This document shows, one piece after another, positions 53,537 to 64,000 of a stretch of 64,000 bases of DNA. Below the pieces are notes generated by a model that made no database searches, was not told the origin of the DNA, and was given only the letters and a program-made list of their open reading frames with translations. How positions within the stretch are numbered: the first letter of the stretch is position 1; each line of letters begins with the position of its first letter. A program made the position numbers and the translations under genes. The stretch comes from Neocallimastix sp. 'constans' (taxonomy: Eukaryota), in assembly GCA_050613775.1 (NCBI GenBank), contig JBODTK010000103.1, positions 1 to 64,000 on the forward strand. The letters run 5' to 3'.

Positions 53537-54443
53537 ATGTCTACTAAAAGTACTTTAAGTTTTAAAGAATTAAAGAAAGAATTACGAGACATAGTGAAGC
53601 TTAGCAAGGACAATTTAGATATAAAGTCCTGGGCTACTGAATTAAAACTTTGGATCAAGATACAAGGTATCACAGATCCGGAAACAATATTTAATGCTTG
53701 TTTACTTACCAGCTCTGGTGAAGTACAACGCGTTATTGAAGATTTGGGAGAAGATAGTGATGATGAAAGTGATGATTCATCAGATGAAGAAGAAGATGAT
53801 GAAGAAGAAAATGTTGATGATGATAAATTTCCTTCTCTTGAAAAAAATTATTTCAAGTCTTGAAAATTTTTACGGTATTAAAGAAGACCAAAATTTACTT
53901 CTTAAAGAACTTCGTGCAATGCGAATTAAAAGAAACGAAAAGATTAAAGACTTTAATGTAAGATATAGAACTTTGTACACTAAACTTGATAAAAAGAGAA
54001 GAAAGCGCATTGGTGTACTAGATTATATTGACTCTATTCAAAATAATTATGAAGCCTGGAAGAAATTATCCCTTAAAGATGATATAAGTATGGAGAAAGC
54101 TTTCAAAATTGCCGAGAAAGTAGATAGACTTTCTGTAAGGAACAATAATATTAATACCTATAATGTTAATAATTCCCAGCATAATCAAAATAATCAAAAC
54201 AGTACTACTTCAAGACTTTATCCTAAAAGAAGAAACGAAACTTTCCAAACAAGTCAAACAAATAATAAACTGAAACCTCAAGATATTATAGAAGAATCAA
54301 CCCAGAAAATGAGAAATTTATCTGTTAAAACTTGCTTCTTCTGTAAGGAAGAAGGTCATTACTCATACTATTGCCCTCAATTAAATAAGATTATGGAAAA
54401 AAATAAAAAAGAAATATATTCCAAAAAGTCTTTAAACTTCTAA
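53537..54443 (+). CDS. Gag of family B, split by an apparent 1-nt insertion in the A7 run near 53841-53847
   Basis: ORFs 53537-53863 and 53694-54443 join as ...FPSLEKIISSLENFYG...; CCHC knuckle CFFCKEEGHYSYYC. Confidence 0.85.
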
Positions 54444-54483
54444 ATGGGAGCAGAAGCACTCCCAATGACAAAACAATAGCTTC
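54431..54483 (+). promoter_or_regulatory. -1 ribosomal frameshift signal (slippery heptamer plus H-type pseudoknot)
   Basis: T TTA AAC in the gag frame, 7-nt spacer, stem 1 TGGGAG/CTCCCA, stem 2 GAAGC/GCTTC. The -1 frame is open from here into pol. Confidence 0.88.
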
Positions 54484-57400
54484 ATTAAATAATTTACAAA
54501 ATAATACTTTTACCAAGAATACCCCAATTGATAATAATTCCTTTAATAAAGAATCTGAAGAATCTGATTTTAGTGACACAACTGAAAGTGAGGATAATAT
54601 CATTATAAATGCTATAAAAAGAAAAATGAATGATAATAACAGCGAAAAGGAAGAAAATAATTCCAAGAAAGTACATAAAAGTTTAAAAGATAATCCACGT
54701 CCTTTCGCAACTCCTGCTTTAAGAAAGAAGAAAGAAAATGAGCTACATAATAAACCAAATAAAGTTTATAAAAATCAAATACTTCCTTCAATTTTAACTC
54801 AACCAAATATTAACAAAGAAAAACAAAAAGAAAAGGAATTAAGAAATATAACAAGAGTAAGAGAAAGTAAAGAAGAAAACAACAATTATTCATCAAAAGG
54901 AAAGAAAAAAGTTGAATCTGAAGATATACTTGTAATCGATAATGAAATAGAAGATATAGAAATGAATAAAGATAATCAACAAAATAAAACTAATACTTTG
55001 GAAAAATTAATTTCAACAAAAACTAAAGAAACTAATAATGAAAATACTCAGTTAGTAAAAAGGAATATCAAAATGATGAATAATAAAGAACCTTACAATA
55101 TTATGGATGATTTAAATAATCTTAAATCCAGTATTACGATAGGTCAACTCTTGAATGCATGTCCGAAAATTCGTTCACAATTAACTCAAGGTTTAAAGTT
55201 AGAAAAATCTAAAATAATTGGAACTGTAGACAATGTAATAGCACGAACTTTATTAGTGAATAACTATGATCATAGCTACATAAGTAAAAGTAATGAAGTA
55301 GCCGAAGAAGACTTAGCAATGGTTGATGCAAGTGTTGACGGAGTACTAGGAAAACTTTTAATTGATTCTTGTAGTAACCTAAGCATCGTTACTAAGCAGT
55401 ATTTTGATAAATTACCTGGTGAATATGAAACAGTTGGAAAAAGTCGTGGAAGAATCCAACTAGCAACACAAGATGGAGAATACTCGGAAGGAATTATTGT
55501 TCAATTACCAGTAAAAATTAATAATTATGAATTTAATGCGGACTTTAGAATTATTGAGAAAGAAGACTCATTTTATGATATGTTAATAAACTTTAAAACT
55601 CAAATCGATCATTGTTTATTTATTCATCCGACCTTAAACAGTTTATGTAAACTTTTGTCAGAAAGTGAATACGAAGAAATAGCTAAAATAAATAATCAAT
55701 ATTATGATGAAGAAAGTATAATTTGCACTATTAGAAAAGTTAAAGAAACGAATAATGAAAAGGAAATTATAAAGGAATTAACTCCAATGGAATTTATTGA
55801 GAGTGATGAATTTTTAAGTACCTTAAATAAAGATTATAAAGAACAAATTATTAAAATTCTCAAAGAAATGATTGACATAGTTGCCACTTCAACAGAAGAA
55901 CTAACTCCTTCTAAACTTTCACCACATAAGATCCGTTTGAAAGCAAATGCAAAGCCAGTAAAATTAAGAAGTTATAGGTTAACTAAATTAAAATCAGATA
56001 TCTTAAAAGAAGAACTTACAAAGCTTATTAAGAAAGGATTGATAGAACCATCCTGTTCAGAATGGTCATCTCCAGTAGTACTCATTCTAAAACACAATGG
56101 AAAGTGGCGCTTGTGTATTGACTACCGAAAAGTCAATGATATGACAGAAAAAGATTCTTATTCAGTTCCATATATAGATGAAATTTTTGATAGTCTCGGA
56201 GGATCTAAAATATTTACAACTCTTGATTTATTTTCTGGTTTTCACCAAATCTTAATGGATGAAGAAAGCGTTGAAGTAACCACTTTCACTACTAAGTTTG
56301 GAAATTATCAATTTAAGGTTATGCCTTTTGGACTTACTGGAGCTCCCTCAACCTTCCAAAGAGAAATGAATAAAATTTTATTCCCTTTTATTGGTGAATT
56401 TGTTTATGTATTTATTGATGATGTTTTGATCTATTCAAAAAGTATCGAAGAACATTTAATTCATATTAAACAAGTATTAGAAGTATTTAAAGAAAACAAG
56501 TTAAAAATTAATATTGAAAAGTGCCATTTTCTTCAAACTGAAGTTGATGTATTAGGTCACAAACTTACTACTAAAGGATTAAGTCCCATGGAAAGTAAAA
56601 TAACAGCTATTAAGAAGTGGGAAGCCCCTTCATCAATTCATGAATTAAGATCATTTCTAGGAGCAATAGGGTATTATCGTGACTTTATCCCTAAATATGC
56701 TCAAATTACCTCACCTTTATGTAAATTATTGAAAAAGAATACTAAATATGAATGGAATAAAGAACAACAAGAAAGCTTTGAACTCCTAAAAGAAAAATTA
56801 ATCAATGCACCTATTCTAAAATTTCCGTCATTTGACAAACCTTTTATCATTAGAACTGATGCTTCGTATAATGGAATTGGTGGAGTTCTTTTACAAAAAG
56901 AAGAAGAAACCGGTAAGGAGCATCCAATACACTTTATAAGTAGAAGTTTGAAGAAAACTGAAAAGAATTATGGTATCACAGATTTGGAAGGAACAGCTTT
57001 ATTTTACTGTATGACTAAATTTAAATCTTATATTGAAGGAAATCCATTACCTACAACTATTTACACAGATCATAAACCATTAGTTGGTTTATTTAAGAAT
57101 AAAGAACCTTTGAATGCAAGGCAAACAAGATGGTGTCTAACCGCTAGTATGCTTGGAATTAATATAAAATATGAATCAGGCAAAAAGAATGTGTTAGCTG
57201 ATGCTCTTTCAAGAATGAAAAGTAAGGAAGAGAGAAAGATATTATTAACAAAAATTACTAATGGAAATAATGAAGAATTATTATCTAAGGTTATAAAGGA
57301 ATTTATTAATGAAAAGTTTACTGTTATTGATGGTGAAGATTACTTTATCGACAATGGAAATTATAGAAAATTAATAACGGACGAAAATGAAAGGTTTAAA

Positions 57401-58441
57401 TTAATTTTAGAAGCTCATAATATTGGCCACGAAGGATATTACAAAACATATCAAAGACTTAAGAAAAACTTTTATTGGAATCATATGATTAAAGATATCA
57501 AAAGAATTGTTAGTAATTGTGAAAAATGCCAATTAAATCGTCCTCAACCATATCCAGAACCAACCGAAAACCATCCAACTAAAGTGGAGGGTCCCTTTGT
57601 GCATTTAGGATTAGATATTATAGGACCGTTACCAAAAACAAGAAATAATAATCAATATATTATAGTAACTGTTGATTACTTTACCAAATGGGTTGAAGCC
57701 GAACCCACTGAAAACATAACTTCCTCTGATATAATTAAATTTTTAATAAACGTTTTTGCAAGACATGGTGTACCTCAAGTTATTACTACTGATAATGGAG
57801 TCCAATTCACTTCTGATATGACTAAAATCTTTCTTGATCTTTATGATGTATATGTTAAATTTGTAGCTACTTACCACCCTGAATCAAATGGCCTTACTGA
57901 AAATCGAAATAAAGAAATTGGAAAATTACTCCGTTTATTAGGAAGGAAAAATCAAGATTGGGATGAAGTTTTACCTTCTGCTTTATGGGCACTTCGAACT
58001 ACCAAAAATACAGCTACTGGACATTCTAGTTTTGAATTAGTATATGGAAGAGAAGACCAACAGCCTTATGATATAGCCATAAGAACAATTGAAAATGCAG
58101 GTAAATCATATGATGAAATCTTAATGGAAAAATTTGTTCGTCATTATCAATGGACTAGAGAAGCATGCGAAAATGTGAAGAATGCTAACAAGTATTGGGC
58201 AACAAGACGAGAAGAACAAATAAGTATGAAAAAAGGAAAAGAATTAAAGGCTGGTGATCTTGTTCTTGTTAGAAACTTTAGCCGCACTAAGCTAGAACCA
58301 TATTACAATGGACCATTTAAAATTTTAAAAATTCAATTCAACACGGCAACCCTAATCGATCAGAAGACTGGAAAGCAACTCGATAGGAATGTTCACTTTA
58401 AAAATTTAGTAAAGTTTAACTCCGCTTACAGAGAAGCTTGA
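54431..58441 (+). CDS. Pol of family B (spacer, protease, RT, RNase H, integrase), reached by -1 frameshift
   Basis: Open frame containing the 1271-aa ORF; LLIDSCS, FIDD, RTDAS, H-x3-H...CEKC, LDIIGP/TDNGVQF/E, GPF. Confidence 0.96.
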   Translation, partial: FKLLNGSRSTPNDKTIASLNNLQNNTFTKNTPIDNNSFNKESEESDFSDTTESEDNIIINAIKRKMNDNNSEKEENNSKKVHKSLKDNPRPFATPALRKKKENELHNKPNKVYKNQILPSILTQPNINKEKQKEKELRNITRVRESKEENNNYSSKGKKKVESEDILVIDNEIEDIEMNKDNQQNKTNTLEKLISTKTKETNNENTQLVKRNIKMMNNKEPYNIMDDLNNLKSSITIGQLLNACPKIRSQLTQGLKLEKSKIIGTVDNVIARTLLVNNYDHSYISKSNEVAEEDLAMVDASVDGVLGKLLIDSCSNLSIVTKQYFDKLPGEYETVGKSRGRIQLATQDGEYSEGIIVQLPVKINNYEFNADFRIIEKEDSFYDMLINFKTQIDHCLFIHPTLNSLCKLLSESEYEEIAKINNQYYDEESIICTIRKVKETNNEKEIIKELTPMEFIESDEFLSTLNKDYKEQIIKILKEMIDIVATSTEELTPSKLSPHKIRLKANAKPVKLRSYRLTKLKSDILKEELTKLIKKGLIEPSCSEWSSPVVLILKHNGKWRLCIDYRKVNDMTEKDSYSVPYIDEIFDSLGGSKIFTTLDLFSGFHQILMDEESVEVTTFTTKFGNYQFKVMPFGLTGAPSTFQREMNKILFPFIGEFVYVFIDDVLIYSKSIEEHLIHIKQVLEVFKENKLKINIEKCHFLQTEVDVLGHKLTTKGLSPMESKITAIKKWEAPSSIHELRSFLGAIGYYRDFIPKYAQITSPLCKLLKKNTKYEWNKEQQESFELLKEKLINAPILKFPSFDKPFIIRTDASYNGIGGVLLQKEEETGKEHPIHFISRSLKKTEKNYGITDLEGTALFYCMTKFKSYIEGNPLPTTIYTDHKPLVGLFKNKEPLNARQTRWCLTASMLGINIKYESGKKNVLADALSRMKSKEERKILLTKITNGNNEELLSKVIKEFINEKFTVIDGEDYFIDNGNYRKLITDENERFKLILEAHNIGHEGYYKTYQRLKKNFYWNHMIKDIKRIVSNCEKCQLNRPQPYPEPTENHPTKVEGPFVHLGLDIIGPLPKTRNNNQYIIVTVDYFTKWVEAEPTENITSSDIIKFLINVFARHGVPQVITTDNGVQFTSDMTKIFLDLYDVYVKFVATYHPESNGLTENRNKEIGKLLRLLGRKNQDWDEVLPSALWALRTTKNTATGHSSFELVYGREDQQPYDIAIRTIENAGKSYDEILMEKFVRHYQWTREACENVKNANKYWATRREEQISMKKGKELKAGDLVLVRNFSRTKLEPYYNGPFKILKIQFNTATLIDQKTGKQLDRNVHFKNLVKFNSAYREA

Positions 58442-58459
58442 GTCTTCGTCGGGGCATCT

Positions 58460-58955
58460 TGATAAGAATGTACTAAATAATGCATTCTTAATTAAATCTA
58501 CGATTTATTTCTAATACATTATGTGTACATTATTATTTTTGTACTTTAATAAATTTTTAAATCCAAAGATCAAAAATTAAATCAAAAATTATATTAAACT
58601 TTATATTTTTATATTAAATCTTATATTAATAGTAATATTTTTATATATTTAAAACTTATATTAGCAATATTAATAATAAATCTTATTTTTTTTATATTAA
58701 TAATGAAAATTTATATTAATAATATTTTTATATATTGATAATTAAAAATTTATATATTATATTTTAACTTTTTATTATAAAATTTTATATCGAAATGTTT
58801 TATTTTATATTGAAAAATATTTTATTTTATTAAAAACCTTTATATTAGAATAGTATTTTTATTTTTATTTGAATATTTTAACAGATTGTAATAAAAATTA
58901 TAGCCAATTAAATAAATTCTTATTAGTAATATTTTAGATATTTTTAAATAAATAA

Positions 58956-59034
<79 letters not shown>

Positions 59035-59333
59035 TTTTATTAATATTATAAATGTATTTTATTTATATTGTTATAATTAAATTTTATATAATTAATTATA
59101 AAAATCAATTTAAATTTAATAGTTTTTAAAAAAAAAAAATAAATAAAATGTAATTTAGTGGCAAGAACAACTTTTATGCCTTGAAAAAAAGTATAAATAG
59201 TTGTAAATTTTGCTACTAATTTTTAAATATCATCAAATAAAATCAAATAAATTTATAAATAAAAATAATAAATAAATAAATAAAATTTGTGTTTCCTTAC
59301 TTTATTTTTATTTAATTCTCTAAAACCTTAACA
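58460..59333 (+). repeat. 3' LTR of family B
   Basis: Direct repeat of the 5' LTR; begins 18 nt after the pol stop codon. Confidence 0.95.
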
Positions 59334-59351
59334 TTTTTAAGATTCGTTACA
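59334..59351 (-). repeat. 18-nt 5' terminal stub of a family A-like LTR
   Basis: Minus strand TGTAACGAATCTTAAAAA versus LTR A start TGTAACGAAATCTTCAGT; lies exactly between LTR B and the copia integrase. Confidence 0.65.
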
Positions 59352-61633
59352 TTGTTATAGAAAAATGCTTTACATCCAAAAACTTTAAGGTGAGAAATAT
59401 CAACTGATTTATTGAAAAATAATTCATTTGGAATTTTATTATTAATACTCTGATGTGGATTCAAGTTATAGAGGTAAGCAGCACAAAGAATAGCGGAATC
59501 CCAAAACTTGTAGGGTAGCTTAGCAGAGTTTAATAGAGTAGATGCGCAACGATTAAGTGTTTGATTTAAGCGTTCAGCACGACCATTTTGTTGTGGGTAA
59601 CCAGGAACTGAATGAATGAAATTAATTCCAAAATTTTCTAAATAGGTAGTTAAAGTTTTGTTGATATACTCAGTACCATTGTCAGATTTGAAATTTATAA
59701 TTTTATATGAAGTAGTACTGGAAATAAATTTATGAAATTTAATAAATATGTTAGGAACATCAGACTTATTCTTGATAAGGTAGACCCAAATTTTTCTAGA
59801 GAAATCATCAAGAAAAGTAACATAATAATTGAAATCATTATATGATGTTTCCAATTTTCCAACTACATCAGAATGAACTAGTTCCATAGGTTTTGAAGCA
59901 TTATTAGGGGAAGAGTAGAATGGTTTTCTCTTTAATTTAGTGATTTTGCATTGGCGACAATTTTTATCATTATGGTATTTAGTATGCTCAATGACAAAAT
60001 CTTTGATATCATTATTATAAAAGTGTCCCAAACGAGCATGCCACAAGTTAGTATCAATGCTGAAAGCATAATTCTTAGATATAGTATTATTTGAAGGTAT
60101 TGTATCAAACACGAATAAATTTTCATCATTCGCAAAAATATTTGCAATTAACTTATTATTTTTGAATATTTGTAAACGGTCTTTGTTATTTACGCGTTTC
60201 ATTATAATAGTGCATCCATTTTTTAATATTGAATGAGTGGAAATTAGATTGTTTTGAATATTTGACGCGTAATAAACATTTGATAATATAAAATCTTTAT
60301 TTTTAAATTTACCATTGTAAGTACCTACATTTTCGACCTTGCCTAAATCACCATTTGGATAAATGATATTTTTATTATTTACTTTATTTATATTGTTTAA
60401 ATTGTTGATGTTATTAGTTAAGTTGATGCCAGTACCACTATCAATAATCCAATGTGTGGAATTATTATTATTATTTATTGTTGTATAATTACAATTTTGA
60501 ATTACTGAAATACTTCCTGTAAAATCAATGTATACCTCATCTTCATTTTCATTATTATTTTCAAAAAAATTATTGTTATTATTATTAGATTTATCATTGT
60601 TCTTATTAATAATATTTCCAGAGTAATAATTATTTTTGTTATTATATCTTTTATAATAATTTTTATTTTTGCAATTATTATTTTTATAATTTTTATCATT
60701 ATCATCTGATTTATTATTTTCTCTAATTAAAAGATTATATTTACAATGATCAGTAGTGTGACCTTTAGTTTTGCATATATGACAATAATATTCGTTACGA
60801 ATTTTATTAATATTATTATAATTTTTATTATTATTTGGTTTATTTTTATTTATATTATTGACATTTGAATCGTTTATAACGGTAGTTTTTGACCTTAAAA
60901 TTTCGGCTTTTTCAAAAAAGTCATGCCTTTTGTTTAATTCTTTAATAAGATCATCAAAAGTTTTATAACTATAAATTGGTGGTGAATTTATACCAATTCT
61001 ATCTAATTCATTTACTGCAAATAAAAGTTTAGTTTCCTCATCAAAAGGAATTCTTTTTAATTTATTAGATTCAAATTTATGTTATTCGAAAAGATTGTTT
61101 AATTCATTAATATATTGAATATAGTCATTGTTTATTAACTTAAGATTAATAATTTTATATTCAAGAATATTTAATAGTGCTTGGCCAGATTGATAGAAAC
61201 GGTTTTTTAATCTATCAATCATACTACAAGCAGTTTTACATCCTCGTAAATATTCTTGGTTTGATTTTTCTAAACTATTTATTATGATAGATTGAACCGC
61301 ATTATCCGATTTTATTTGACCTCTGTTCATATTTGAATATTGGATTTCTTTTTCAATATAAATATCTAAATCATTGGCAATGAGATGCCTCTTTAAAGGC
61401 TCATACCAATCTAAGAAATTTTCTTTATTTAATACGAAATCTTTAATTTCAAAAACAGATTTAGTTATATTTCCATAATATTTGTTTATGATAATCCTTT
61501 TATCATTGGATTCATCATCTTCATATGAAGAAATCGATTCATCGTCCTTATTTTCAGTTGGATTCGATGAACTCGAACTCTCTTCAATATGATTATTATT
61601 GTTATTCTTTCTTTTAGCCATTCTTTGGAACAT
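59352..61633 (-). pseudogene. Copia Gag-Pol N-terminal half with one in-frame TAA (61084-61082)
   Basis: One frame: Gag, CHICKTKGHTTDHC, WIIDSGT, LWHARLGH..CRQC, HSDVVG, SDNGTEY, PQQNGRAERLN, LKVFGC. Confidence 0.92.
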
Positions 61634-61720
61634 TAATATAAAATAATTAATTATATTATAAAGTCATTAAAATCATTAAAATGTTTTAAAAATTAAAATT
61701 AATAATAGGTCTCTTGATAT

Positions 61721-61735
61721 ATGAGACTCTTAATC
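61721..61735 (-). promoter_or_regulatory. Copia PBS complementary to the anticodon arm of tRNA-Lys(CUU)
   Basis: Plus strand ATGAGACTCTTAATC matches the eukaryotic tRNA-Lys(CUU) segment AUGAGACUCUUAAUC and abuts the LTR end. Confidence 0.75.
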
Positions 61736-61977
61736 TGTTAAGGAGTCAATATAAGATATGATGTGTACACAACAAAATGTATTATTATTTAATTAAATTT
61801 AATTTATTATTTATTAATTTATATGATTTAAAAAAGTATTTAAAAAGACTCAAAATATTAATTTCATAAAAAAATTTTCTTTTTATATTTTACATACAAA
61901 TTATTACTTAATCAAATATTATAAATATTTATAATACTTTAATGTACAAAAGTTTAAATATTATGTTGAACTTTAAC

Positions 61978-62013
<36 letters not shown>

Positions 62014-63605
62014 TATAAAAATATATAATATGAAGTATAGGAAAAATTAATTTAAAATAATAAACTTTATTTAGTATTATTAAAAATATTTTTATTTTTT
62101 TTTTAAAAAAATGAATTATTTTAATTAATAAACATCTTTTGTTACACCAAAGTAAATTTAATAAAATAAAAAAAAAATAAAAAAAAAATAAAGATACTAC
62201 ACTACTCCTTTAATTACTATTTATAAATATTAAATGTTAATATATAGAGTAATTAAAGGAGTAGCTTATATATATATAGAATATGTAAATAATGAATATC
62301 AATACTTTTTTTTTTTAATTTAATTATATTTACAAAGTACCTTAGTTTTTCAAATCTTATTTTTATATTAAAATTTTAATTTTTTTAAATAATTTATAAA
62401 TCATAACTTTGGGGCATGTTTAATTAATATTTTCCCTTAAGGAGTAGATATTGCTCCTCATATCCAAAAACTTTTAGTAATAGTAAATATTTTAAGTTTA
62501 TTTATTTAATTTAAAATTTTTTAAAATATTTATTATACATATAATTAATAAATGTTTTGTGATATTTATTAATACATAAAAATTAATATACAAGTATATT
62601 TCTAGTATATACACATAAAAATTATTATATAGTGATGTGATATAATTTAGAATAGGATAAGATATATGTTTTTATGTATGTTTTTACAAGAACCTTCTTT
62701 AAATGACTTTTAAAAAATTTAAATCAATACACACGATTGATTCATCTAAATATATAAAATAATTATTTAAAATATTTCAATTATAATTTTTTTTTATAAT
62801 TATTATATATATATATATATAACTTTAAAAAATAAAAATATTTGTTCTAAAATATATATTAACAATAAAATATTATATAATTTTTATTATTACATAAAAA
62901 TAAAATAATGGACATAAGATATGCTTATACTATTATAGTATAAATGAATTTTTTTTTTTTTTTAATATATATTATTTAGCTTCATTTATATTGATATATA
63001 GATATATATATATAAATTTTTTATGTTTTTAAAGATATAAATATTGATTTGATGCTCTATATATATAATATACTAAAAAAAAATCAGGCATAAATATTAA
63101 TGATGTTTCAATTGATTTAATTATATAAAAATTTTTAAGAATGATATAATTTACAGAATATGAAATAATAAAAATTTTAAATATATAGAAAAAAAAAAAA
63201 AAAAAAAGATTTAATATATAAATTAAATTTTAAATTTAAATACTTTTACGAAATTTAATACTAATAATTTGACTTTCTATTTTAATATAACTTTAAAGAT
63301 TATTACATATAGTATTAAAGTGTAACAATTTAAAACATATATTTATATAAATATTAAATCTAAAAATTATATTTTTTTCTATAATACCAATAATAATATA
63401 ATTTATAATATTAAAGGCAGTTAACTATAAAATATTATATTATAATTAGTATTATAATATTTGATAGTACGCTTCAAATTTAAAAATATATTTATATATA
63501 TATATATAAAAATAATAATAATATGAATAATCAAATAAATATTATCAATTATTAGAATTTTATTTGATTTGATATTTAATTTATATATAAATTTAAAATT
63601 TTTTC

Positions 63606-63636
<31 letters not shown>

Positions 63637-63932
63637 TTTTTTTTTATTATTTTATTATTATTATAATTAATATATATATTAATTTCATTACATTTTATTT
63701 TTAAATTAAGAATATAAAATAAATAATCCAAATTTAATAATATTGAATATTATAATATTGCAAATAGAAAATAAAAATAACATATAAGTTTCTTAGTTTT
63801 TTGATATATTAGAAAAAAAAATAAAAATTAAATTATATTTTAATAGAATATTTACAAATTAATACCATCACAATACAAAAATGTTCAATTATTGAAAAGT
63901 AATTTATAAAAAAAAAATTATTTTATTAATTA

Positions 63933-63998
<66 letters not shown>

Positions 63999-64000
63999 TA

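Larger units (their letters stand above)
51307..59333 (+). mobile_element. Ty3/Gypsy LTR retrotransposon, family B (no chromodomain), full length
   Basis: LTRs at 51307-52147 and 58460-59333 (TG...CA; differ in poly(A) length and at least one base), a tRNA PBS, and gag and pol in PR-RT-RH-IN order. Confidence 0.97.
59352..61978 (-). mobile_element. Truncated Ty1/Copia element (5' LTR ~61978-61736, PBS, gag-protease-integrase; RT/RNase H missing)
   Basis: LTR TGTTAAAG...CCTTAACA followed by the PBS; protease-then-integrase order. Confidence 0.92.

Noticed and set aside
53838..53850. Programmed +1 frameshift within family B gag
   Set aside because: It falls in an A7 homopolymer mid-Gag; a mutation or sequencing indel is more likely.
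61082..61084. Programmed stop-codon readthrough in the copia ORF
   Set aside because: The TAA lies inside Gag before the zinc knuckle, not at the gag-pol border; a point mutation is simpler.

Overview
Extremely AT-rich, intron-containing eukaryotic DNA, most likely an anaerobic gut fungus (Neocallimastigomycota; inferred from composition and gene style only). The central ~15-48 kb holds six host genes: a makorin-like RING/C3H protein, CWC24, RPL26, MDM35, TRS20/TRAPPC2 and a Sec2-like coiled-coil protein. These sit among microsatellites and Mutator and LINE relics. Both ends are nests of retroelements. Left: a young chromoviral Ty3/Gypsy element (family A, 223-7870) whose 5' LTR is interrupted by an LTR of a second Gypsy family (B, 1-222); A itself sits in a short copia-type element. 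Right: a full-length family B Gypsy (51307-59333) between a tRNA-headed SINE-like element and a truncated copia. Main observations: (1) the otherwise dissimilar Gypsy families A and B share a ~250-300 nt multi-stem leader RNA with compensatory base changes, a 40/40 identical core and a predicted loop-loop pseudoknot; (2) all three visible family B junctions fit position- and orientation-specific insertion just upstream of tRNA-like Pol III boxes, one set of which lies inside the family A LTR; (3) three priming modes appear side by side: Tf1-like self-priming, tRNA-Ala 3' end, and half-tRNA-Lys. All structures and alignments were read by eye and need computational confirmation.
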